Below are positions 29,611 to 39,683 of a DNA stretch of 64,000 bases, piece by piece. The notes below the pieces were generated by a model. The model had not been told where the DNA came from and did not search any database. It saw nothing but the letters and a program-made list of their open reading frames with translations. The stretch's first letter is position 1. Each line of letters begins with the position of its first letter. This DNA is from Halobacteriovoraceae bacterium (lineage in GTDB: Bacteria > Bdellovibrionota > Bacteriovoracia > Bacteriovoracales > Bacteriovoracaceae). The stretch covers positions 736,001-800,000 of the forward strand of contig CAVRCF010000001.1 in the NCBI GenBank assembly GCA_963719505.1, given 5' to 3'. The translations under genes were made by a program, and so were the position numbers.

Positions 29611-30339
29611 TTAATCTAGCATCCCAAATATCTTTCTGAGCCTAAGTTTTAAAACGGCAAAAACGGCTTCATAAACGATGCCACCACTCATTTTAGATTC
29701 ACCATCTCGTCTTTCTGTGAAAACAATCGGTACTTCTTTTACTCTTAAGCCTTTTGCCCAAATTTTAAAGTTAAGCTCTATTTGAAATGAATAACCATTT
29801 GAAAAAACGCGATCTAAATTTAGGCTTTCAAGACCTTTTCGAGAAAAGCACTTAAAGCCACCAGTGGCATCTAAAATGTTTAGACCTGTTATGATACGCG
29901 TGTAAACGCCAGCAAAGTAAGACAGCAGAAGTCTGTGCATCGGCCAATTTATAATACGGATTCCACCAATATAGCGAGAACCGATAACAAGTTCATGGGT
30001 TTGAGCGGCTTCTAAAAGTCTCGGAATGTCTTCTGGGTCATGAGAGAAGTCACAGTCCATTTCAAAGATAAATTGATACTCTCTGTCTAGTGCCCACTTA
30101 AAACCTGTAATATAAGCGGTCCCTAATCCAAGTTTACCCGTTCTCTCGATAATATTAATATGCTTATTCTCTTCCATAAATTTTTTCACGACCTCAGCCG
30201 TTCCATCGGGAGAGCCATCTTCAATAATGAGGATATCAAGATCCGGGTAGAGGGTCGTAATACGAGTGAGCATCTTTTCGATATTCATAATCTCGTTGTA
30301 AGTAGGAATGATGAGAAGGGATTGATTAAATGGCAACAT
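29611..30339 (-). CDS. Polyprenol-phosphate mannose synthase (Dpm1-like GT2)
   Basis: IIPTYNE, DGSPDGT, GLGTAY, MDCDFSH, GSRY. Confidence 0.9.
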   Translation of the reverse strand: MLPFNQSLLIIPTYNEIMNIEKMLTRITTLYPDLDILIIEDGSPDGTAEVVKKFMEENKHINIIERTGKLGLGTAYITGFKWALDREYQFIFEMDCDFSHDPEDIPRLLEAAQTHELVIGSRYIGGIRIINWPMHRLLLSYFAGVYTRIITGLNILDATGGFKCFSRKGLESLNLDRVFSNGYSFQIELNFKIWAKGLRVKEVPIVFTERRDGESKMSGGIVYEAVFAVLKLRLRKIFGMLD

Positions 30340-31295
30340 TAGAAAAGCTCTTTTGCTATATTATAGACGTTATCGGATTTTCCCATTGTGTAGTAGTGAA
30401 GACAGGGAACACCTTTTTCTTTTAATTCTTTGGATTGAGCGATACACCACTCGACACCCACCTGACGAATCTCTTCAGTATTTTTGCACTTCATGGCAGC
30501 TGAAACGAGGTCATCAGGAAGATCAATATGGAAGATACTAGGGAGAACTGTTAATTGAGTTGCCGTCGATAATGGTTTTAAACCTGGAATAATGGGGACA
30601 TTTATCCCAGCTGCTTTGCAGCGATCAACAAATTCAAAAAACTTAGTATTGTCAAAAAACATTTGAGTCACTATGTATTCAGCTCCAAGCTGAACTTTCT
30701 TTTTTAAAAAATCTAAGTCGACGTTGCAGTTTGGTGCTTCAAAATGTTTTTCCGGGTAGCCTGCAACTCCAATACAAAAATCTGTGGGAAAAGCATTTTC
30801 TACTTCGTAATTAAGATAGTCACCTTGATTCATGCTATGAATTTGACCGATAAGATCTGAGGCGTAATTATGTCCGTTCTCAACCGGTGTAAAACGTCCT
30901 TCCGACTTAATGGCATCCCCTCTAAGGGCGAGAACATTATCTACACCAAGAAATTGAAGATCAATAAGAGCGCTTTCGGTTTCTTGTTTAGTAAAGCCTC
31001 CACAAATAATATGGGGAACGGTGTCGACGTGAAATCTGTTCATTAATGCGGCACAAATACCAACAGTGCCAGGTCTTTTTCTCAAGGATACTTTTTCGAG
31101 GAGTCCGTTTTCTCTTTTCTTATACATGTACTCTTCACGGTGGTAGGTAACATCAATGAATTTGGGCTTAAACTCCATAAGAGGTTCAATGGCCGTAAAG
31201 AGCTTTTGAATTCCATGTCCTTTCATTGGTGGAAGGATTTCAAAAGAGAAAAGAGTCTCTTTTGCATTATCTAAGTGTTCTATTACCTTTGTCAT
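30339..31295 (-). CDS. metF: 5,10-methylenetetrahydrofolate reductase
   Basis: FSFEILPP, LALRGD, AGYPEKH, TQMFFD; adjacent to metH. Confidence 0.95.
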   Translation of the reverse strand: MTKVIEHLDNAKETLFSFEILPPMKGHGIQKLFTAIEPLMEFKPKFIDVTYHREEYMYKKRENGLLEKVSLRKRPGTVGICAALMNRFHVDTVPHIICGGFTKQETESALIDLQFLGVDNVLALRGDAIKSEGRFTPVENGHNYASDLIGQIHSMNQGDYLNYEVENAFPTDFCIGVAGYPEKHFEAPNCNVDLDFLKKKVQLGAEYIVTQMFFDNTKFFEFVDRCKAAGINVPIIPGLKPLSTATQLTVLPSIFHIDLPDDLVSAAMKCKNTEEIRQVGVEWCIAQSKELKEKGVPCLHYYTMGKSDNVYNIAKELF

Positions 31296-31306
31296 TTTTG
31301 TTACCT

Positions 31307-34300
31307 TTAAAGATCCATATTATAACGAAGCCATTTTTTCGCTTCTTCTAGATCATATCCTTTCTCTTGGGAATAAACTTTTACCTGTTCTTCAGTAATT
31401 TTTCCAACATTAAAGTATTTAGCTTCTGGGTGAGCAAAGTACCAACCCGACACAGAGCTGGCCGGAGTCATCGCACAAGACTCCGTTAGTTCAACACCAA
31501 TTCTGTGTGCATCTAAAAGCTTAAAGAGTTTCTTTTTCTCAGAGTGATCTGGACAGGCGGCATAGCCAGGAGCTGGTCTGATGCCTTTGTATTTTTCTCG
31601 TATAAGTTCCTCACTAGATAGACTTTCATCTTTGGCATATCCCCAATAGTCAGTTCTCACTTTTAGGTGAAGATACTCGGCAAAAGCCTCGGCCAATCTA
31701 TCGGCCAAAGCCTTAATCATAATAATGGCGTAGTCATCATTTTCTTTTTCATACTTCTGGATCAAAGTCTCAAGACCCAAGCCTGTTGTGACCACAAAGG
31801 CCCCAATATAATCAGTGACACCGGATTCTTTGGAAGCGATATAGTCAGAGAGGCATCTGTTTTTAGAGTTGGCCTCTTTCATCTGTCTTTGTGAGCGAAG
31901 CATATGCAAAGTCGTCTCTTTTAAAAAGATCATTTCATCGCGAGAGTTTGCCTCAAAAAAACCGAGCACCGCTTTATTTTTAACCTCGGGACAATCAATT
32001 ATTTCTTTTAAATATAGTTGAGCATCGTTAAAAAGTTTTTTTGCCTCAGAGCCAAGTTTTTCATCTTCGAAAATTTTAGGGTAGGCACCTTTGAGTCGCC
32101 ATGCAGAGAAAAAGGGACTCCAGTCTATATACTCAACAAGTGTGTTCATGGACACATCAGTGATCTCTTTTGTTCCGACGAAACTTGGTTTAACTGGAGT
32201 GAATTTTTCCCAATCAATTTTTAGTTTATTTCTTCTGGCTTCTGCCATTGAGACAAGCTTAATTTTATCAACTCTTTTAGCGTGACTGTCTCGAAGCTCT
32301 TGATAGTGCTCTTTGGTTTCTTTGTGAATCTTATCTCGGTTTGTCATAAGCATCTGGGCCACGGGAACTGACTTTGAGGCATCTGAGACGTGAACAATGG
32401 TGTTTTCATAATTGGGATCGATCTTTACTGCCGTGTGAATTCGGCTGGTCGTCGCACCACCAACCATGAGAGGAATATTAAAATCGAGACGCTTCATCTC
32501 TTTGGCCACATCCACCATCTCATCTAAACTTGGAGTAATAAGACCTGACAGTCCTATAATATCGACATTTTCTTCTTTAGCGCGTTTAAGGATATCTTGA
32601 GCCGGAACCATAACGCCCATGTCAATAACTTCAAAGTTATTACAGGCCAAGACAACACCGACAATATTTTTTCCAATATCGTGAACATCACCTTTGACGG
32701 TTGCCATAAGAATCTTGCCGTTTGTTTGGGCTTTTCCACCTTTTTCAGCTTCGATAAAAGGTTGCAAGTGAGCGACGGCTTTTTTCATCACTCTTGCCGA
32801 CTTAACAACTTGAGGAAGAAACATTTTTCCATCCCCAAAAAGTTCTCCCACCACATTCATCCCATCCATAAGGGGGCCCTCAATAACTTCAAGGGGGCGA
32901 GCGAAAGTGGGTCTGGCTTCTTCAACATCATCCACAATAAAGTCGGCGATCCCTTTAACGAGTGCGTGAGTAATTCTCTCATTGACTGGAAGAGTTCTCC
33001 ACTGATCATCTTTTTTCTTGTCTTTTTTGACACCGACAACGGTACTTGCAAACTCTAAAAGTTCTTCAGTCGCCTCAGGATGTCTATTTAAAACGACGTC
33101 TTCAACTTTGTCTCTTAGCTCTTTTGGTATTTCATCATAGATCTCAAGCATACCTGGATTTACAATTCCCATATCCATTCCCGCTTTAATAGCGTGGTAG
33201 AGAAAAACGGAGTGAATGGCTTCTCGAACGGCATTATTTCCTCTAAAAGCGAATGAGAGATTTGAAACACCTCCACTAACTTTGGCAAAGGGGAGGTTCT
33301 CTTTAATCCATTTGGTAGCATTTATAAAATCAACACCGTAATTATTGTGCTCTTCAATTCCTGTTGCGATCGCTAAAATATTGGGATCAAAAATAATATC
33401 CTCAGCCGGAAAGCCCACTTTTTCAGTTAAGACTTTATAAGCTCTTTGACAAATTTCTATTCTTCTATCAAAAGTGTCAGCTTGTCCTTTTTCATCAAAG
33501 GCCATAACGACTACCGCCGCTCCAAACTTCTTTACCGTATTGGCGTGAGCGATAAATTCCTCTTCTCCCTCTTTTAAAGAGATGGAGTTCACAATAGCTT
33601 TTCCCTGCACACACTTTAGACCCGCTTCAATAATAGACCATTTCGACGAGTCCACCATAACAGGCACTCTGGCAATATCAGGCTCTGCGGCGATAAGGTT
33701 GAGAAACTTCACCATGGCCGCTTTACCATCGATCATCCCATCATCCATATTGACGTCAATGACCTGGGCACCATTTTCAACTTGTTCTCTGGCCACTTCC
33801 ACTGCCGTGGTAAAGTCTTCTTCAGCGATAAGTTTCTTAAAGCGAATGGAGCCAGAAATATTTGTTCTCTCGCCGATATTAATAAAATTACTTTCTTCAA
33901 AAATTGTCAGCGGCTCAAGCCCTGAATAATGGGGAAGCTTTTTAAGTTCAGGGATAGTATGGGCAGAGTAGTTTTTTGCTCTATCGGCAATCTCTCTTAT
34001 GTGTTCATCTGTCGTTCCACAACAGCCACCGACGATATTAATATAGCCCTCTTTGAGAAAGTCTTCGATAATGTCGGCCATCTCAGCCGGAGTTTGATCA
34101 TATTCTCCAAACTCGTTGGGAAGCCCAGCATTTGGATACATAGAGACTTTAAAGGGCGCTTTCTCTGAGAGAGTTTTAATATAAGGGCGCATCAGATCAG
34201 CACCAAGCGCACAGTTTACTCCTATACTCATCAAAGGCAGATGGCTCATGGAATAAAGAAAAGCTTCAATCGTTTGTCCTGACAACGTTCTTCCGGAGGC

Positions 34301-34912
34301 ATCAGTAATTGTTCCTGAAACCATAATAGGAAGAGGTTTGGTTTTAGTTTTTTCAAAATAATTACTAATGGCAAACAGTGCGGCTTTGGCGTTAAGAGTA
34401 TCAAAGATAGTCTCAACGAGAAGATAATCGACTCCACCCACCACTAGGGCCTCAATTTGTTCGTAGTAGGCTTCGACAAGTTCATCAAAAGTTATCGCTC
34501 GATATCCTGGATCATTTACATCTGGAGATAAGGATGTGGTCTTTGTCGTGGGTCCAATTGATCCGGCGACAAATCGAGGTTTCTCTTTTGTGGAAAATTT
34601 CTCACAAGCAGCCTTGGCCAATTTTGCTGACTCGAGATTGAGTTCATAACAGAGGTTTTCCATATTGTAGTCGGCCATGGAAACTGAATTGGCCGAAAAA
34701 GTATTTGTCTCAATAATATCTGCGCCAGCATCTAAGTATTTTTCGTGAATTTCGCTTATCACCTCGGGCTTTGTTAGCGTTAAAAGATCGTTATTGCCTT
34801 TAAGCGAACTGGGATAATCTTTAAAGCGCTCACCGCGATAGTCTTCTTCTGATAAATTATACCTTTGAATCATGGTACCCATAGCACCATCGAGAACGAG
34901 TATTTTTTGCAA
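31307..34912 (-). CDS. metH: Cobalamin-dependent methionine synthase
   Basis: [27 protein letters not shown]12-binding motif and RPAPGY. Start codon uncertain. Confidence 0.97.
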   Translation of the reverse strand: MQKILVLDGAMGTMIQRYNLSEEDYRGERFKDYPSSLKGNNDLLTLTKPEVISEIHEKYLDAGADIIETNTFSANSVSMADYNMENLCYELNLESAKLAKAACEKFSTKEKPRFVAGSIGPTTKTTSLSPDVNDPGYRAITFDELVEAYYEQIEALVVGGVDYLLVETIFDTLNAKAALFAISNYFEKTKTKPLPIMVSGTITDASGRTLSGQTIEAFLYSMSHLPLMSIGVNCALGADLMRPYIKTLSEKAPFKVSMYPNAGLPNEFGEYDQTPAEMADIIEDFLKEGYINIVGGCCGTTDEHIREIADRAKNYSAHTIPELKKLPHYSGLEPLTIFEESNFINIGERTNISGSIRFKKLIAEEDFTTAVEVAREQVENGAQVIDVNMDDGMIDGKAAMVKFLNLIAAEPDIARVPVMVDSSKWSIIEAGLKCVQGKAIVNSISLKEGEEEFIAHANTVKKFGAAVVVMAFDEKGQADTFDRRIEICQRAYKVLTEKVGFPAEDIIFDPNILAIATGIEEHNNYGVDFINATKWIKENLPFAKVSGGVSNLSFAFRGNNAVREAIHSVFLYHAIKAGMDMGIVNPGMLEIYDEIPKELRDKVEDVVLNRHPEATEELLEFASTVVGVKKDKKKDDQWRTLPVNERITHALVKGIADFIVDDVEEARPTFARPLEVIEGPLMDGMNVVGELFGDGKMFLPQVVKSARVMKKAVAHLQPFIEAEKGGKAQTNGKILMATVKGDVHDIGKNIVGVVLACNNFEVIDMGVMVPAQDILKRAKEENVDIIGLSGLITPSLDEMVDVAKEMKRLDFNIPLMVGGATTSRIHTAVKIDPNYENTIVHVSDASKSVPVAQMLMTNRDKIHKETKEHYQELRDSHAKRVDKIKLVSMAEARRNKLKIDWEKFTPVKPSFVGTKEITDVSMNTLVEYIDWSPFFSAWRLKGAYPKIFEDEKLGSEAKKLFNDAQLYLKEIIDCPEVKNKAVLGFFEANSRDEMIFLKETTLHMLRSQRQMKEANSKNRCLSDYIASKESGVTDYIGAFVVTTGLGLETLIQKYEKENDDYAIIMIKALADRLAEAFAEYLHLKVRTDYWGYAKDESLSSEELIREKYKGIRPAPGYAACPDHSEKKKLFKLLDAHRIGVELTESCAMTPASSVSGWYFAHPEAKYFNVGKITEEQVKVYSQEKGYDLEEAKKWLRYNMDL

Positions 34913-35025
34913 AATTAAAACCTTTGGTCATTTGAAAAATATTTGATTAGTGTATTATTTATTTAGGGATATTCCAAGGGGAATCAACGCTTTTCTAACG
35001 ATTAAAACAGGGCTAAACTAGATTT

Positions 35026-35911
35026 ATGTTATCAAAACTTGAACCAAAATTTACCTATAAAATCTGGGGTGGAACGAAGCTTTCACAAATTAAAAACCAC
35101 ACTTGTGAGACTCCACTAGGCGAGACCTGGGAGATTTCAACTCATGAAGATGGACCAAGTCTTTTGGGAGGCGTGCCACTAAATAAATTTTGTGACCTCT
35201 CTTATTTAGTCAAGTTTATCGATACATCTGACAATTTATCAGTTCAGGTTCATCCAGGAGATGAGTATGCCAAAGAGCACGAAAACTCTATGGGAAAGAC
35301 AGAGTGTTGGATTATTTTAGAAAGTGCGCCTGGATGTGGAATTTATCTGGGCTTTAAAGAAGGCATCACAAAAAAAGAGTTTAAGACAGCCGTTGATAAT
35401 GGATTGAATGTTCAAGAGTATCTAAATTTTATTCCGACAAGCCCCGGGGACTACTTTTATGTTCCCTACGGAGCCGTGCATGCCATTGGTGTTGGCGTTA
35501 CTCTTTGTGAAGTTCAACAAAACTCAGGAATAACCTACAGAGTGTGGGACTGGAATAGAGTGGATGATAAAGGTGTGGGAAGAGAGCTCCATATAGATAA
35601 AGCCTTGGATGTCTTAAACTTTTCGGCAGACTTTAATCTTAAATTGATACAAATGAAAAATATTTTTAAAGGATCTGGGCTTCAAAAAGTTGTCGACCAC
35701 AAAGACTTTAAAGCGGAGATCCTTCTTTTAGAAGCAGATCAAAAAAAAGAGCTTAACCTTTCAGTAAAGGAAGGGACTTGCCATTTTATCGGGAAGCTTA
35801 GAGATTGATGAAAATCAGTTTCACTCCTTTGATTGTGCCATTACCTTAAAATCGAGTCTTTGTGAGATTAAAGCCAAGACTAAATCAATTGTTTTACTCA
35901 TTAGAGAATAG
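35026..35911 (+). CDS. manA: Type I mannose-6-phosphate isomerase with an apparent frameshift (one extra base) near 35773-35775
   Basis: IWGG, LSVQVHP, GKTECW, VHAI, EVQQNS. Removing one G restores a cupin-like tail ending TAG 35909-35911. Confidence 0.85.
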
Positions 35912-35918
35912 GAAAGAT

Positions 35919-36857
35919 ATGAATCATATTGAGATTGCCAAAGAAGTTATTGATATTGAAATTGAAGGATTGAAGTTTTTAAGATCAAACCTTGATGACA
36001 ATTTTAAAACGGCCGTTGAAGTTATTTTAAAAACCAAAGGACGAGTGGTTATAACAGGCATGGGTAAGTCGGGACTTGTAGGAAAGAAAATTGCTGCGAC
36101 GATGGCTTCTACTGGAACTCGAGCATTCTATATGCATCCAGGAGAGGCTTATCATGGCGATCTTGGCATGATTAGTCCAAGTGATGTGATTATTGCCATT
36201 TCAAACTCAGGTGAGACCGAAGAGATTATAAAGCTTATAAGCTTTTTTAAAGACAATAAAAATACCATTGTTGCCATGACGGCCAAAGAGAATTCTACAC
36301 TCGCTAAGTTCTCAGATATCTTTTTAAATATCGCCGTTGAAAAGGAAGCTTGCCCTTTAAAACTCGCTCCAACGAGCTCGACCACAGTGACGATGGCTTT
36401 AGGGGATGCATTGGCCGTGAGTTTAATGAAGGCGATAGATTTTAAAGAAGAGAACTTTGCGCGCTTTCATCCCGGTGGAAGTTTGGGCAGAAAGCTTTTA
36501 GTAAAAGCAAAAGATGTGATGAAAACTCAAGACCTTCCGGTCATTTCCTTAAACTCAAACTTTAGTGAAGTCATTGATATGATCTCAAAGGGACGGATGG
36601 GAATTGCCATTGTGACAGAGTCTGAAAAAGTTATTGGTGTTGTCACTGATGGCGATATCAGAAGAATTTTAACCACAGATCCAAAAGTGGCCATCACAAA
36701 ATCGGCAAAAGACTTTTACACAAAAAATCCAAAATCGATCACCAAAGAAATGAAAATAGTCGACGTCGAAAAACTGATGCAAGAAAATAAAATTACATCA
36801 GTTCTCGTTTTAGAAAATGAAAAGCTTGTGGGTCTTATTAATCGCTACGATCTTTAA
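35919..36857 (+). CDS. kdsD: Arabinose-5-phosphate isomerase (KpsF/GutQ family)
   Basis: GMGKSG, HGDLG, SNSGET, FHPGGSLG and a CBS pair. ATG 35919 follows AGGA. Confidence 0.93.
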   Translation: MNHIEIAKEVIDIEIEGLKFLRSNLDDNFKTAVEVILKTKGRVVITGMGKSGLVGKKIAATMASTGTRAFYMHPGEAYHGDLGMISPSDVIIAISNSGETEEIIKLISFFKDNKNTIVAMTAKENSTLAKFSDIFLNIAVEKEACPLKLAPTSSTTVTMALGDALAVSLMKAIDFKEENFARFHPGGSLGRKLLVKAKDVMKTQDLPVISLNSNFSEVIDMISKGRMGIAIVTESEKVIGVVTDGDIRRILTTDPKVAITKSAKDFYTKNPKSITKEMKIVDVEKLMQENKITSVLVLENEKLVGLINRYDL

Positions 36858-38465
36858 TAGTGAAAAACTTTTAAGACGTAATTATCATTTTGTGGAATGA
36901 CATCGGCCCAACCGGCAAACCCGTCTATATCATTTCCAAGAACTCGGTACTTAATTGTTTGATCAAACGGAATACTCGTTTGGTAGCCTAATAGACGAGA
37001 GACTAAAAGAGTTACGTTAAGGTGGTTGGGAAGAGGGCCAAACTTATCCAAGAGGGCTTTAAAGTCAGGACTTGTTGAATAACCGAGCACAGGAATATCC
37101 ATAGAAATTTTATGGAGCATTCCGTGACCCCAAATATTATCTTGTCCAAGTCCTTCACCGTGATCAGAAATATAAATAACGGCCGTGTTAGGATACTTTT
37201 CAATCTCAGTTAAAAGTTTTTTAAAGAATGAATCTAAGTGATAAGTACTATTGTCGTAGTGGTTAACGAGGGCAACTTTGCCAATATCTTCAATCTTATT
37301 TTTAAAGACGAGTGAATCTTTTGTGTAGCGAAGATTATAGGGGCTATGAGAACCTCGGTGGTGAAGGACCATAAAGTTTTTCCCCTGAGTCAAATCAACT
37401 TTTCTAATCTGTTCAATAAGATCGTGATCGTTTGCTGCATTCTCATCTTGTGTGTCTTTGGTGATATCGTAGAACGATTTATAGTCGTCAATAAACTCCG
37501 GGCAAAGACTATTGATGATATAGCGAAGTTGCTGAGATGACTGCGCCGAGTAAAAGTAGGTTTTGAAATTATTTTCTTTGGCCATCTTAAAAAGACAACG
37601 ATCAGCTTTTGAAACTCTTGCCCCACCACCAAGGCCAAAAGTATTATTCATAATAAAAGCCAATGAGATATCGGTGGAGACACCAGAAGAGATCCCCCTG
37701 GTAAAATAAAAGCGTTCATCGTCTTTTAGGCTATCAAGAAAAGGAGTTGTCTCTCTTTTGTAGCCATAGAGGCTCATCTGATTAGGAGTTTGGCTCTCTC
37801 CGATAATAAAAATAATATTTCTATCACCAACAGGTTCTTTGTCGAAGGTGATCTTGATATCTTCTTTATCAAAAGAATTCCCCGATAATTTGTTGGGAAG
37901 AATTCGTCCTAAAAAATAGGAGAGACTGAGATAAATATTCATCCCGTCAAACTCTTGATTTGAAGGCTGACGTCACCAGTCGTGTTTCCGACTGTATAGG
38001 TTCTGTCGGATTAAAAATAAAATAAAAAATGAAAAGAAAATGAAAAAACTTTGACGATATTTTAGGTGGATAAGTCTTGTTTACTTTCCAAAGAATCACA
38101 AGATGCAGGAAAGACGAGAAGAAATGGTCTTAAAAAGACGTAGATATCTTCTTTTAGTGTCCCGGTGATCTCAGAGACCTGTGTGAACAAGAAGCTAGAT
38201 CTCAGCTGGAAAAACGGGGAGCCCATAGAATTCCAAGTGAATCATCTGGAAAAGGCTTAGCATAAGGACAAAACCCATGGAGACGAATCTCCAAATAGGT
38301 CTTCGTATAAAACTAAAGACATAAAAAGATAACCGATCAGTCCAACATAATTACTAAATGGAATCTCTAAAGTTAATGAATCGTGAAACCAATAGAAAAA
38401 ACTTGAGCGGCGATCGTAAAGAAACTAAAACAAAGAGTAAGAATAGCGTTATTTAATATTTTCAT
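36854..38465 (-). pseudogene. Phosphoethanolamine-transferase/sulfatase-family gene with several frameshifts in its N-terminal membrane part
   Basis: C-terminal ORF 36854-37942 has IIGES, GSHSPY, YDNS and SDHGE. A hydrophobic N-terminus (MKILNNAILTLCF...) starts at 38465 but shifts frame repeatedly. Confidence 0.75.
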
Positions 38466-38481
38466 CTATAAAAGGTAGCAT

Positions 38482-38515
38482 AAAAAAAAGAAATTGGGAG
38501 GATTTCTCCTCCCAA
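38482..38515 (-). terminator. Intrinsic terminator
   Basis: TTGGGAGGA-GAAA-TCCTCCCAA followed by TTTC-T8 on the minus strand. Confidence 0.88.
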
Positions 38516-38607
38516 GTGTAGGTCTCAACGAATGTTGCTCTCTCATGACAATCTAGCATTCACTAGATTAAGGTGTGGATTGTGACTGTAAACTCTCTCA
38601 AGTTCCA
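38482..38607 (-). ncRNA. Candidate ~125-nt sigma54-dependent small RNA
   Basis: Lies between a sigma54 motif and a strong terminator; internal hairpin AATCTAG-N6-CTAGATT; no ORF with an RBS. Confidence 0.5.
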
Positions 38608-38617
38608 CCATCCATAG

Positions 38618-38634
38618 AGCAAGTGAGATGCCAA
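38618..38634 (-). promoter_or_regulatory. sigma54 (-24/-12) promoter
   Basis: TTGGCATCTCACTTGCT on the minus strand. Confidence 0.75.
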
Positions 38635-38644
38635 ACATTTCCCA

Positions 38645-39523
38645 CTATTTTGTTTTGTTTTCGGAATCCTCGTCAACGTCACTTATAAACTCAGTCACAA
38701 CTTTGCTTAGGACTTTTGGCTTCTCCGTCCAAATAGCGTGGCTTGCGCCTTTGACCTCATAAAAAGAGCAGTTGGGAATAAGGTTTGCGTATTTGATACC
38801 CGTCGTTGGGGTCGCCTCATCAAATTCTCCACAAACAATGAGAACCGGAACTTTTAGCGTCTTGAGTTTTGCAACTTTATTGTATGACTTTAAGCTGCCT
38901 GTAGGTTTAAACTCTGAAGGGCCCCACATCGACATATACACTTCTTCTCCGTGAGGATTTTTTATCTTCATAAAGTCTGCGAGCTTCTTTTTATCTCGAA
39001 GAACATGCTTTTCATAATATTTCATAATCGCGTTTTGATAAACTTTTGAATCTGTCGCATCTATCTCGTGACAATAATTAATAACCTTTTGAATATCTTT
39101 GGGAAGACCTTTGATGAGTTTAATCGCATCCTTTTCCCAGTCTTTTGCACTAAACATGGGTGATTGAAAGATAATTGACTTCACTCCTTTGCCCTTCTTC
39201 GCAAGGTAGTACTCTAGGGCCAAAGTTGTGCCCCACGATCCCCCGGCAAGGTGAAATTCTTTAAGCCCCCAAGCTTTTATCAACAGATCAAGTTCTTCTA
39301 CAAAAGTAGAGATCTTAAATTTATTTCTCTCAAGCTTGCTGCTTTTGCCTCCGCCAATCTGGGTATAGGCATAAACCTTTCTTCCTTTTGCCAAGTCAAA
39401 AATTTTTGACGAAGAGCTATGAGTACCACCCGGACCTCCGTGAAGCCAGATAAGAGGAGTCTTTCCTCCTCTGCCTTTGACAGTGTAGTGGGTCTTTCCA
39501 AGCGTGTGGGCGATGTATGGCAT
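38645..39523 (-). CDS. pip: Proline iminopeptidase family (alpha/beta hydrolase, S33)
   Basis: HGGPG, GGSWG nucleophile elbow, MWGPSEF, GEFDEA. ATG 39523 follows GAGGAG. Confidence 0.85.
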   Translation of the reverse strand: MPYIAHTLGKTHYTVKGRGGKTPLIWLHGGPGGTHSSSSKIFDLAKGRKVYAYTQIGGGKSSKLERNKFKISTFVEELDLLIKAWGLKEFHLAGGSWGTTLALEYYLAKKGKGVKSIIFQSPMFSAKDWEKDAIKLIKGLPKDIQKVINYCHEIDATDSKVYQNAIMKYYEKHVLRDKKKLADFMKIKNPHGEEVYMSMWGPSEFKPTGSLKSYNKVAKLKTLKVPVLIVCGEFDEATPTTGIKYANLIPNCSFYEVKGASHAIWTEKPKVLSKVVTEFISDVDEDSENKTK

Positions 39524-39636
39524 CTCTGTGTCTCCTCGTAAAAAGTCAATAATATCGGTGAGTTTCGGTTTTTGCAACGAATTAAATCAAAATATTCGGA
39601 AATCGAAATAAAAAGCATCTAAGAAGCTTCATCTGA

Positions 39637-39653
39637 TTGGCACCCTCATTGCT
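39637..39653 (+). promoter_or_regulatory. sigma54 (-24/-12) promoter
   Basis: TTGGCACCCTCATTGCT, 30 nt upstream of ATG 39684, which has an AAGGAG RBS. Confidence 0.78.
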
Positions 39654-39683
39654 AAAGAGAATAAAAAATAAAAAGGAGAAAGA

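Noticed and set aside
34900-34931. Possible frameshifted metH start (out-of-frame ATG ACC AAA GGT... before an A6 run)
   Set aside because: It cannot be distinguished from a genuine TTG start without reads or orthologues, so it is not claimed.
34913-35025. SAM or cobalamin riboswitch upstream of metH
   Set aside because: The intergenic region is only ~110 nt, AT-rich, and lacks recognisable riboswitch motifs.
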